The notes beneath the pieces are model-generated. The model had not been told where the DNA came from. It saw only the letters and a program-made list of their open reading frames with translations, and did not search any database. Shown here piece after piece: positions 30,578 to 39,688 of a stretch of 64,000 nucleotides of DNA (position 1 is the stretch's first letter; each line of letters begins with the position of its first letter). The translations under genes and the position numbers were made by a program. The stretch covers positions 416,001 through 480,000 of the forward strand of contig CAXBMO010000002.1 of NCBI GenBank assembly GCA_963977015.1, given 5' to 3'. This DNA comes from an uncultured bacterium. Its GTDB lineage: Bacteria; Verrucomicrobiota; Verrucomicrobiia; Verrucomicrobiales; DEV007.

Positions 30578-32866
30578 ATGGCGACTGCTTACAAATGCCC
30601 CGTATGCCTGTGGACCAGCCATCAAGGCAAGGTAACGGCTCGGTTAATTGATGATTTCGAGGAGGGAATCGCGGTGGGAGAAACGAAGAAGGAGGCGATG
30701 GAGCAACTGCGTGAGTATTTGATTTATCGCTCGAAGAAGGATGATTTTTTCTGGCTGGATCCGGATTTTGATGACCCGGAGATTCGCCAGGTGCGGGTAA
30801 GGGTGGTGCCGGAGTATCACGACAATACACGGCGTTTCCCGTGCAAGGAGCCGATTTTGCTGAAGTTGCCGTGTGCGATCGGGCAGCGGTCGACCGGGCT
30901 GTGGGCGGCGTGTTTCCCGACCTTGGATCTGTATTTCGATTTTTACGACAAGGAGCGCTTCAATGAGCTGGCGAATCATTATGCGAAGCACACGCTGAGT
31001 GAGTTGACGCCGAAGGAGTTGTCGCGATTTCTGCCGCCGGCGGATTGCGAGATCGATTACCTGAACGTGACGTTGAAGGAGCAGACAGTGAAGTACGAGG
31101 AGAGCCAGGAGACGCCCAACCTGCTGCATGTGGCTGACCCGATTGGGAAGCGGACGCTGGGGCGGATCAGCCGTGCGTGGGAGCGCGACCAGGAGGTGGC
31201 TGAGCTGGCAAAGACGCTGCAGGAGGAGGGAACGAATGTGTGCCTGGTGGGCGCAAGCGGTTGCGGGAAGACGAGTGTGTTGGTGGAGGCGGCGCGGAAG
31301 GTGGGGCGCGACAACGAGGAGAAGTCGAACGCGCCACGGTTCTGGATGAGTAGTGCGGCGCGACTGATCGCGGGGATGCGATACCTGGGGCAATGGGAGG
31401 AGCGGTGTGAGGCGGCGGTGCGCGAGATTTCGAACTTGCGCGGGGTGCTGTGCGTGGAGAATCTGCTGGATTTGTTGAACGTCGGTGGCTCCGGGCCGGA
31501 AAGCAGCGTGGGGGCGTTTCTGGTGCCGTATTTGAAGAGCGGGGAGTTGCGACTGGTGGCGGAGGCGACGCCGCAGGAGGTGGAGGCTTGCGACCGCCTT
31601 CTTCCCGGGTTGATCGATGAAATGCAGGTTTTGAAGATCGAGCCTTTTGAGCCCCGGGGCGCGCTTTCGGTGCTGGGCCAGGCGGGCGATTACTTTACCC
31701 AGAACGAGCGAATCCAGTTTGCGCGTTCGATTTCGGATGAGGTTTACCACTTGTTTCGACGGTTCCAGCCTTATGTGGCGTTTCCCGGCAAGGCGATCCA
31801 ACTAATGAGTTCGGTGGTGGATCACAAGTTGCAGGAGAAGGGGGCTGAGGCGGTGGAGTTGAACGATGTGCGCCACGAGTTCAGCCTGCAGACAGGATTG
31901 CCGGACTTGTTTTTGCGCGAAGACCTTCCGCTCCCCTACGAGGATCTGATCGATACGTTTTCGACGAGCCTGCTTGGTCAGGACATGGCCGTGCGCCAGG
32001 TAAGCCGGACGATTGCCAAGTTTAAGGCGGGGATGAACGATCCCGGGCGTCCCATTGGAGTGATGCTTTTTGCCGGGCCAACGGGTGTCGGGAAGACGCA
32101 GATGGTGAAGTTGATTGGCGACTTTCTCTTCAGCAACAAACCGGCGAAGGATCGCTTGGTGCGGCTGGACATGAGTGAATACAGCGGTCCCGACGCCGCG
32201 GAGCGGTTGATTGGCAATGTGGTGGGTCGCCCCAGTGAGTTGGTCCAGAAAATTCGGGCAAATCCGTTTTCCGTCGTGTTGCTGGATGAGATCGAGAAAG
32301 CGTCCAACGAGGTGTTTGATGTGCTCATGAACGTGTTTGATGAGGGAAGGCTGACTGATCCGTTGGGGCGGGTGACGGCGTTTAACAGCACCATCATCAT
32401 CATGACGAGCAACCTCGGCGCGACGAGTTCCGGCGACTTGGGTTTCGGGAGTGGCGATTCCAATGACGAAGCTCCGCCAACTCGCACGGACCCAGCCAAG
32501 GTGCGGGAGTTTTTCCGGCCCGAGTTTTTCAACCGGATCGATCACGTGGTCTTCTTCAATGCGTTGGGCAAATCCACGATTCTGGCCATCACACGTCTTG
32601 AGCTGGCGCAGATTTCACGCAGGGAGGGATTCATCGATCGTGAGTTGACGTTGAAATTTGAGGAACCCTTGCTCAAAGCGATCGCCAGCGAAGGTTTCGA
32701 CCCGGTTTACGGCGCGCGGCCGCTGCAACGCGCGGTGGAGGAAAAAGTGGTGATGCCGCTTTCGCGTCTCCTGGTGGAAAACGCCAAGCTGAGAAAAGAA
32801 ACCCTGACCTTGAATTGGGACTCGGCCACCCAATCAATGACGATCGAAAGCGAGCAACCAACTTAG
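30578..32866 (+). CDS. Non-canonical ClpA/B-type double-AAA+ ATPase with HicB-like N-terminal domains
   Basis: GASGCGKT (D1); GPTGVGKT, RLDMSEY, VLLDEIEKA, FRPEFFNRID, YGARPLQR (D2); no Clp-N domain. Confidence 0.88.
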   Translation: MATAYKCPVCLWTSHQGKVTARLIDDFEEGIAVGETKKEAMEQLREYLIYRSKKDDFFWLDPDFDDPEIRQVRVRVVPEYHDNTRRFPCKEPILLKLPCAIGQRSTGLWAACFPTLDLYFDFYDKERFNELANHYAKHTLSELTPKELSRFLPPADCEIDYLNVTLKEQTVKYEESQETPNLLHVADPIGKRTLGRISRAWERDQEVAELAKTLQEEGTNVCLVGASGCGKTSVLVEAARKVGRDNEEKSNAPRFWMSSAARLIAGMRYLGQWEERCEAAVREISNLRGVLCVENLLDLLNVGGSGPESSVGAFLVPYLKSGELRLVAEATPQEVEACDRLLPGLIDEMQVLKIEPFEPRGALSVLGQAGDYFTQNERIQFARSISDEVYHLFRRFQPYVAFPGKAIQLMSSVVDHKLQEKGAEAVELNDVRHEFSLQTGLPDLFLREDLPLPYEDLIDTFSTSLLGQDMAVRQVSRTIAKFKAGMNDPGRPIGVMLFAGPTGVGKTQMVKLIGDFLFSNKPAKDRLVRLDMSEYSGPDAAERLIGNVVGRPSELVQKIRANPFSVVLLDEIEKASNEVFDVLMNVFDEGRLTDPLGRVTAFNSTIIIMTSNLGATSSGDLGFGSGDSNDEAPPTRTDPAKVREFFRPEFFNRIDHVVFFNALGKSTILAITRLELAQISRREGFIDRELTLKFEEPLLKAIASEGFDPVYGARPLQRAVEEKVVMPLSRLLVENAKLRKETLTLNWDSATQSMTIESEQPT

Positions 32867-32895
32867 AGCCGTTTCAGTGATCCACTTCAAACGCT

Positions 32896-33354
32896 CTAAA
32901 ACTCGGTTTCGCGCATCCATTTCTCGAAGAGTTCCTCACGCTTCGCGCGATCTTCGGCTTCCTCCACCTCGTCCATGTCACGGCGATCTTTCTTGGTCGG
33001 TCGCCCTTTGCCGTCCCCTCGTTTGGGAGCTTCGGCGACCATTGAGGCTCGTTCTCTGGCGGCCTGGATCTCTTCTTCCGGCGTCAGATCTTCGCAAAAG
33101 TCCGGCACCAGTTTGGCGCCAACCCGACGGCTGAGAAGGCCGGCGACTTTGAGCTGAATGGTCAGGAAACGCCGCTTCACCGAAATCTCATCGCCAACGC
33201 GAACCAACCGGGAAGGCTTCACCTGATGATCCAGAATCCGAACGTTTCCCTTTCGGCAAGCCTGAGCCGCGAGATTGCGGGTTTTGAAAACACGGACGCT
33301 CCACAACCAGATGTCGAGGCGGACGGAATCACTCTCTTGATGGGAATCAGACAT
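32896..33354 (-). CDS. hslR: Ribosome-associated heat shock protein Hsp15 (S4 domain)
   Basis: VRLDIWLWSVRVFKTR...GRPTKKDRR. Confidence 0.92.
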   Translation of the reverse strand: MSDSHQESDSVRLDIWLWSVRVFKTRNLAAQACRKGNVRILDHQVKPSRLVRVGDEISVKRRFLTIQLKVAGLLSRRVGAKLVPDFCEDLTPEEEIQAARERASMVAEAPKRGDGKGRPTKKDRRDMDEVEEAEDRAKREELFEKWMRETEF

Positions 33355-33511
33355 TCTTCGCCACGGGAATGATGCCTCACCGCCGCCCTAGCATCAAAAC
33401 AAAAAACCAGACAATTTCAGCTTTTGTGGCGAATTTCATAAAAAACATAATTTCAGTCTTGCGTTTATTTTGGAGTTCCGTAATATCAAGATATCCTCCA
33501 AACGGACCTCC

Positions 33512-34246
33512 ATGAAGAAGCTCATACTTGTCATTAACGATCACGCTGAAGTTGGGAAGACCAGCACAAGCTCCGCCCTCGCTGGTTATCTCAAGAGCCA
33601 AGGCATCAAATCCACCTACGTGGGAATCGTCGGAAACAGCGGCGAATCTGGTGCTGACGAAGCCAACTACGACGCCACGTGGAACATCATTGAAGACAGC
33701 AAGTTGAAACGCCTCTATGGGTTCTTCGAAGGTGTTGACGCCGTTGTCTTCGACGTCGAAACCGGCAACTCCGCTGCCTTTGTCGATCTCTACGAGAAGC
33801 ACGATCTGGATATGGAGTTGGGCGAAATGGACATTGATCTTACGATCGTGACTCCGGAAGTGGAAGAAGCAGCTTGCCATGAGGAACTGATCCACCTCAC
33901 CGATATTTTCTCAGACAAGGCCGACTACATTGTTGCCCGCGTTCCGCTTGATGAATTTTCGAGCCGCCTGGAGGCATGGGAAGACTCTGAAGCTAGCGAC
34001 GTCATGGATTACCTGGGTGCCGCAGTGGTGGAGATTCCCCGTGTGACGGATGACATGCAGGAGACTCTTGATTCTCATGGATTGAGCATCGCCAATGCCA
34101 TCAGCGGAAGCATCGACGTTCTGCCCGACACGGTCGCAGAAGTCATGGAAGCCTGGAAACGCGACTTCAATCTCCACATTGAGGAAGCCGTCGACTTTTT
34201 ACACGCTGGATATGGGCGTCGCGGTTTGAAACTGGCCGCAGGGTAG
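33512..34246 (+). CDS. Divergent ParA/MinD-like P-loop protein
   Basis: KKLILVINDHAEVGKTS N-terminal P-loop and VVFDV Walker-B-like strand. Confidence 0.55.
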   Translation: MKKLILVINDHAEVGKTSTSSALAGYLKSQGIKSTYVGIVGNSGESGADEANYDATWNIIEDSKLKRLYGFFEGVDAVVFDVETGNSAAFVDLYEKHDLDMELGEMDIDLTIVTPEVEEAACHEELIHLTDIFSDKADYIVARVPLDEFSSRLEAWEDSEASDVMDYLGAAVVEIPRVTDDMQETLDSHGLSIANAISGSIDVLPDTVAEVMEAWKRDFNLHIEEAVDFLHAGYGRRGLKLAAG

Positions 34247-34308
34247 TCATCAGGATTTTTGTTGGTTGTTGATAGATTGGTTTTCGCACAAGCCAATCCA
34301 ATTGTGGA

Positions 34309-34351
34309 AACCCCGTCGCGTCTTGCCACAGCGCGGCGGGGTTCTTCTTTT
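34309..34351 (+). terminator. Intrinsic terminator between the convergent P-loop and SDR genes
   Basis: Stem AACCCCGTCGCG / CGCGGCGGGGTT followed by CTTCTTTT. Confidence 0.65.
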
Positions 34352-34366
34352 CAGGCGAAGAGCCAC

Positions 34367-35158
34367 TCAACCATGCATCACCTGACCACCATCAATGTTG
34401 AGGGTTTGCCCGGTGATGTTTCGCGCGTGGTGGCTCGCTAAAAAGACCGCCATTGCCCCAAATTCTTCCGGGGTCTGCCACCGGTTCAAGGGAGCGAGGT
34501 TGTTGATCTTCGCGTCTCCCCAGCTCTCATAATCCTGGCGTTCCTGCTCAGGCAACTGTTCCTGAACCGCCGCCCAAACTGAGCGATTGAGCTGGGTTTG
34601 CACCATCCCGGGCGCGATCGCGTTCGCGCGAATTTTGTAGGGGGCAAAGTCTTTGGCGGCGCATTGCATGAAGTTGATGAGTCCTGCTTTCGCGGCGCTG
34701 TAAGGCGGGTCCGTTTGCGAGCCCATTTGGCCGGCGACCGAGGTCAGAAACAAGATGGTCCCGTCTTCCCCGGCTTGGATGAGCTTTGGAGCAAAGGCAT
34801 GGGCGGCATTCGCAGCGCCGGTCAGGTTGATCTCGAGCACTTTGGGCCAGTCGGATGGTTCCAGATTCCAGAACGGAAACCCGAACTTTCCGGAACCGAC
34901 ACCAACGGCATAAACCACGTGATTGACGGGGCCAAACGCTTCCGCTGCGGCTTGAACCTCGTCAAAATTGGAAACGTCGCCGCAAAACGTCCGGCTGATC
35001 GCGGGAAGTTCCGCGGCAAGGGTTTCGACTTTTGGGTCGTCGCGATCGAAAACTCCGACCGAGCACTCCTCAGCGCAAAACGCTTCGGTAATTGCCCGTC
35101 CAATCCCCTGGGCGCCCCCCAGAACGAAGGCGCGTTGCCCCTTCAATCCTAGTTCCAA
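34367..35158 (-). CDS. Short-chain dehydrogenase/reductase (probable TTG start)
   Basis: GGAQGIG, YSAAK, NAIAPG, ITGQTLNIDGG. Confidence 0.92.
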   Translation of the reverse strand: MELGLKGQRAFVLGGAQGIGRAITEAFCAEECSVGVFDRDDPKVETLAAELPAISRTFCGDVSNFDEVQAAAEAFGPVNHVVYAVGVGSGKFGFPFWNLEPSDWPKVLEINLTGAANAAHAFAPKLIQAGEDGTILFLTSVAGQMGSQTDPPYSAAKAGLINFMQCAAKDFAPYKIRANAIAPGMVQTQLNRSVWAAVQEQLPEQERQDYESWGDAKINNLAPLNRWQTPEEFGAMAVFLASHHARNITGQTLNIDGGQVMHG

Positions 35159-35162
35159 CGCC

Positions 35163-36173
35163 TTACGACTCTGCGGGTTTATCTTCGCCTTGGCCCGGTT
35201 GCACGATCTCCGCCGCGGCCCGCAATTCATCAACGAGCTTCTTCATATGCTCTGTTTTGCGTTCCTGACTGAGATGCTGGGCAATTCGCGGGCCAATCTC
35301 TTCCAGGGTAAACTCTTTCGCCTCCGTGCGCTCTTCCACCTTGATGATGTGATAGCCAAAGTTGGTTTTCACCAATTCGCCGACTTCACCAATTTTCTGA
35401 GTGAACGCTGCTTCGTCGAATTCCGGGACCATCTGGCCGCGCCCGAATTGCCCCAGATCTCCGCCGCGAGGGCCACTGGGACCTTCCGACTTCTGGGCGG
35501 CAACCGTTCCAAAATCCAGTTTGGGATCGTCCAACAGCTCCTGACGGATTTTTTCCGCTTCCGCTTTCTTCGTGTCGAGCGCGACGGGATCGGTGATTCC
35601 CTCCGTTTTGATCAAAATGTGACGGGCGCGGACGGATTCGGCCTGCTTCATCTCCGCCTTGTTTTCTTCGTAGAAGCTTTCGATCTCTTTCGCGGTTGGT
35701 TCGGGCAGATCAGCCATTTCCTTGTCGGCCAATTTCATGATCAAGAGGTTCTCGCGAACGTCCTTCTCAAAACGTTCCTTGGAAATTCCGGCCTGCTTGA
35801 GAAAATCTTCGACCGTGCTACCCGGCAAATTCTGGTTCACGACATCCTGCATCGTCTCTTCCATTTCCTTCGCTTCCACTTTCAGCCCGTCACGCTGGGC
35901 CGCATTGACCAACAAGACTTTGCCGATCATCTCGTTGATCACTCCCTTTTGAATTTGCTGGAGCATGGCCTGGGCTTGTTCCGGCGGAAACTGGGAGAGG
36001 CGTTGGCCATAGTTGCGGGCAATTTGATCGCCCACTTCACTTCTCATGATCGGGGTTCCATCCACCGTTAAAATCACCGCATCTTCCGGCATTTGAGGAG
36101 CTGCTTTCTCATCCTGCGCAAGGGCAGCGGTGAGAAGAATGGGGACCGAAAGGAGGATTTGGAAGGTTTTCAT
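35163..36173 (-). CDS. Secreted parvulin-type peptidyl-prolyl isomerase (PrsA/SurA-like)
   Basis: Signal peptide; VRARHILI, GGDLGQF.RGQMVPEFDEAAF, VKTNFGYHII. Confidence 0.92.
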   Translation of the reverse strand: MKTFQILLSVPILLTAALAQDEKAAPQMPEDAVILTVDGTPIMRSEVGDQIARNYGQRLSQFPPEQAQAMLQQIQKGVINEMIGKVLLVNAAQRDGLKVEAKEMEETMQDVVNQNLPGSTVEDFLKQAGISKERFEKDVRENLLIMKLADKEMADLPEPTAKEIESFYEENKAEMKQAESVRARHILIKTEGITDPVALDTKKAEAEKIRQELLDDPKLDFGTVAAQKSEGPSGPRGGDLGQFGRGQMVPEFDEAAFTQKIGEVGELVKTNFGYHIIKVEERTEAKEFTLEEIGPRIAQHLSQERKTEHMKKLVDELRAAAEIVQPGQGEDKPAES

Positions 36174-36300
36174 GGTAAAAAATCGGCGGCAGACTCGCCC
36201 CTCGGATGACAAGATGCAAGCAGACGGTTAAAACCTCATAAAAGGTTGCCAGATCCTCCATCCCTCCCCAAGTTCGCTCCTCAATATTTCCAAATCGTTT

Positions 36301-37179
36301 ATGAAAGCCTCACTTTTCCTCAAACTCCTCTGCCCCATCGCCCTTTTAGCGGTATTCGGCCTCGCCACCGGCCAGGAAGATTCCAAACCCGCTCCGCTGA
36401 AGATTCTCCTCATCGCGGGAGGCTGCTGCCACGATTACGCAGGACAACATCAGGTGCTTGAAGCCGGCATTGAAGAACGCCTCAACGCAGAGGTGACCGC
36501 AGTCTATAATCCCGATAAGTCGACGGCTACGAAATTTGAGGTCTATGAAAGTGCCGATTGGGCGGATGGCTATGATTTGGTGATTCATGATGAATGCTCT
36601 GCGAGCGTCACTGATCCGGACTACGTCAACCGCATCCTCGACGCTCACAAAAATGGAACACCGGCGGTCAATCTCCATTGCGCCATGCATTCCTACCGTT
36701 GGGGTGACTTCAGAAGTCCGGTCGCTAAAGGTGCCGATAACGCGGGTTGGTATGAAATGATTGGCCTGCAAAGCACCGGTCACGGCCCTCAGGCACCAAT
36801 CGATGTGAAGTTCACCGAAACCGCACACCCCATCACGAAGGGACTCGAGAATTGGACCACCATCAACGAAGAGCTTTACAACAACATTCAGATTCTTGAA
36901 GGAACCCAGGTTCTGGCAAATGGCTTCCAGATTCAGAAACCCCGGGTCAAAAAAGGCCAAAAGCCGGATCCCAATGCAAAACCGACCGAAGCAACTGCGG
37001 CGGTTTCCTGGGTGAACGAATATGGCCCCAACAAGACCCGGATCGTCAGCACCAGCCTCGGTCACAATACTGAAACCGTGGCTGATGATCGCTACCTGAC
37101 CTTCCTCACCCGGGGTATTCTCTGGGCCACGGGGAACCTGGATGAAGAAGGCCAGCCCACCGCTGGATACCTCAGGTAG
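36301..37179 (+). CDS. ThuA-like domain secreted protein
   Basis: GGCCHDY, NLHCAMHSYR, HPITKGL...EELY, TSLGH. Confidence 0.82.
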   Translation: MKASLFLKLLCPIALLAVFGLATGQEDSKPAPLKILLIAGGCCHDYAGQHQVLEAGIEERLNAEVTAVYNPDKSTATKFEVYESADWADGYDLVIHDECSASVTDPDYVNRILDAHKNGTPAVNLHCAMHSYRWGDFRSPVAKGADNAGWYEMIGLQSTGHGPQAPIDVKFTETAHPITKGLENWTTINEELYNNIQILEGTQVLANGFQIQKPRVKKGQKPDPNAKPTEATAAVSWVNEYGPNKTRIVSTSLGHNTETVADDRYLTFLTRGILWATGNLDEEGQPTAGYLR

Positions 37180-37250
37180 ACCGGTGATGGTGGGCTTTCC
37201 CTATCACTTTTCATTGGGCTGGGACGGGTCTAGGTTGCTCCAAGCAAACC

Positions 37251-38789
37251 ATGTCGAAAACGCCGACCAACGACGCCTTAGTCCCTGACCCATCCAGCGA
37301 GGTTTCCACCATTCCCCGCTTTGCGGTGGTCGGACGCGTAAACAAGGGCAAGTCGTCAATTTTGGCGACGTTGGTGGAAGAGGCCGACAATACCAAAATT
37401 CGGATCAGCGATACCCCGGGGGAAACAACCCGGGTCTATTCCATTCCCTTGGTCCTTCAGGGCCAGACGCTGCTGGAGTTTCTCGATACTCCGGGATTCA
37501 ATCGCGCCCGAAAGGCCTTGGATTGGTTGCAGAAGCGCCATCGCAAATCACCGGACGAGCCCAGAATTGAAGCCGTCCGTGCCTTTGTCGAAGCCCATCG
37601 CAATAAGGATGCGTTTCAAGATGAAGTCCTGCTCCTGGAACCTGTTTTGGACGGAGCCGGAATCCTTTATGTCGTGGATGCTTCCAAACCTTTTCGACCC
37701 GACTTTACGGCGGAAATGGAGATTCTGCGTTGGACGGGAAGGCCGCGAATGGCCGTGATCAACCAGGTCACGGAAACGTCCGATTTCAGCGATGAATGGC
37801 GTCAGCATCTCGGCGAATATTTCAACCTCACCAGGGAGTTCAATGCCCATCATGCGAGATTTCAGGAACGCATTCGCCTTCTGAAATCACTGCTCGAAAT
37901 TGACGAGACCGCCCGAAAACGGATCGAGAAAACCGTTCAAATGCTGGAGCGTGAATGGACACAGCGCCGTGGGAAATGCTCGGATGTCATCATGGACATG
38001 GTCGAGGCTTGCATGACGCATCGCGCCAGCAAAACGCTCTCGCAGGAAGACTCGACCCGCGACTACCGGAAGCAGGAAATCGCCGAACAACTGAAGGTGG
38101 AATACTTGAAGGCGATCCAGGAGATGGAGTCCGCTTACCACAAACAAATGCTCTCGCTCTATCGTCACAATGAATACGAAGTGACCTCCGATGATTCCTT
38201 TACGAGAGCGGCAGGAGATTTGGACAGCAAGGAAACCTGGGAAGTCTTTGGGCTCAACAAAGCCCAACTCAGCATGGCCAGCGCCGCTGCGGGGGCCATC
38301 ACGGGAGGCGCCATCGATATGGGCGTTGGCGGCGCATCATTTGGCGTCGGCGCGGTCTTGGGCGGTTTGGCCGGGCTAAGCGCCAGCCTGCTCAAGGGCA
38401 AGGACCTCGCGGACATCAAGGTCAGCAGCCCCTTGGTTGGAGATATGGCAGCCGGCGGAATTGCCATCAAAGCAGGCCCTCCCAAGAACCCCAATTTTCC
38501 CTGGGTGCTGCTCGATCGCGCTTTCGTCCATTTTGAACAACTGATTTCCCGGGCCCACGCGCGTCGCGATCCATTCATCGTCGATTTGACGACGGTGTCG
38601 AAGGAAGGCGTCCGAATCGGACGTTCAACCACGTTCCCGAACAGTAAACGGCGACCGCTCGTCAAATGGTTCGGCGAGCTCAAGGCCGGAAAATCCCGCC
38701 CTGAGACGAGCCAGGCTTTTGAAGTGATTCGAGAAACGCTCGAAACCATTGAAACAGAGGTCCTCAAGAGGCCTGAATTAGACACTTAG
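37251..38789 (+). CDS. GTPase + DUF3482 domain protein
   Basis: VVGRVNKGKSS, DTPG twice, EMEILRWTGRP; glycine-rich hydrophobic hairpin GGAIDMGVGGASFGVGAVLGG. Confidence 0.8.
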   Translation: MSKTPTNDALVPDPSSEVSTIPRFAVVGRVNKGKSSILATLVEEADNTKIRISDTPGETTRVYSIPLVLQGQTLLEFLDTPGFNRARKALDWLQKRHRKSPDEPRIEAVRAFVEAHRNKDAFQDEVLLLEPVLDGAGILYVVDASKPFRPDFTAEMEILRWTGRPRMAVINQVTETSDFSDEWRQHLGEYFNLTREFNAHHARFQERIRLLKSLLEIDETARKRIEKTVQMLEREWTQRRGKCSDVIMDMVEACMTHRASKTLSQEDSTRDYRKQEIAEQLKVEYLKAIQEMESAYHKQMLSLYRHNEYEVTSDDSFTRAAGDLDSKETWEVFGLNKAQLSMASAAAGAITGGAIDMGVGGASFGVGAVLGGLAGLSASLLKGKDLADIKVSSPLVGDMAAGGIAIKAGPPKNPNFPWVLLDRAFVHFEQLISRAHARRDPFIVDLTTVSKEGVRIGRSTTFPNSKRRPLVKWFGELKAGKSRPETSQAFEVIRETLETIETEVLKRPELDT

Positions 38790-38915
38790 TGGCCTAAACA
38801 TTACAGTTATTGCTCAATATTGAACTATTTAGGATTCTTTGAGACAATTCAGTCAACTTGGTTGATTTAAGTCTGGAGGATGCCAACGTACTCAACGTAA
38901 CCTTCCCAATAACCT

Positions 38916-39587
38916 ATGAGCTACGACGACGATTTTTCTCCGTTTGAGTTCGGTGATGAAGATGATGACGGTTCTGATTTCGAATCAGAATTTGAACTTT
39001 CCTCGGATCTGGAAGAGGCCGAACGCCAGATTCGAATTCAGAAGATGCGTGATGAGATCGAAAGCAAAGGCGGAAACTGGAATCTGGCCGACGGAGTCGC
39101 GGAAATGAGCCCGGAAGCCGAAGAAGCGATGCTTCAACGAGTTCTGTTTTTCGAGAACGCCCCCAGAACCACCCACGCGAAGCTTCTCATTGAAGATGGG
39201 ATTGAACTCTCTGCTCCGGATTCGTTGAAGGATGAAGATCAACTTCACCAAAAACTTTGGGAAGTAATCTACGGATTGGCGAATCGTCGCGTCTTTCTCT
39301 ATTGCACCGATCATCTCTCCAACCGTGCGCTTTACGCTCAACTTTGGTTTCACCACCTCAACATCAATACGGTTGATATTTCCTGGGATCGCGAAGCCGG
39401 TTGCCACATCGACTTGCTTGGTGGAGGCAGTGAAGAGGAGACTCTGCTTTGGCTGAAATATTTTGCAGACGATGAGGAACGCGAGTGGTGGCGGGATTCG
39501 CTCGAAGCGGATGGCCACATCGTTCCGGAGCACGAAGATCCTCCGTTTCAGCGCGACTCACTGCTGCCGAAGCGCGAAGAGTATTAG
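38916..39587 (+). CDS. Acidic hypothetical protein
   Basis: Clean ORF after an AT-rich intergenic region; no recognisable motif. Confidence 0.7.
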   Translation: MSYDDDFSPFEFGDEDDDGSDFESEFELSSDLEEAERQIRIQKMRDEIESKGGNWNLADGVAEMSPEAEEAMLQRVLFFENAPRTTHAKLLIEDGIELSAPDSLKDEDQLHQKLWEVIYGLANRRVFLYCTDHLSNRALYAQLWFHHLNINTVDISWDREAGCHIDLLGGGSEEETLLWLKYFADDEEREWWRDSLEADGHIVPEHEDPPFQRDSLLPKREEY

Positions 39588-39688
39588 GTCTCAAAAACCC
39601 ACTTCCGCACCGGAAGCGGAACGGATTGCTGAGTCCTTTCACCTAATTCGTTGCACCGATAGCGAAGGAGGCTAATGCTAGTATATCC

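Noticed and set aside
30578-32866. Naming the two ATPases clpA/clpB/clpC
   Set aside because: They lack Clp-N, the ClpB middle domain, the D1 Walker B and the GYVG loop, so they are not canonical orthologues
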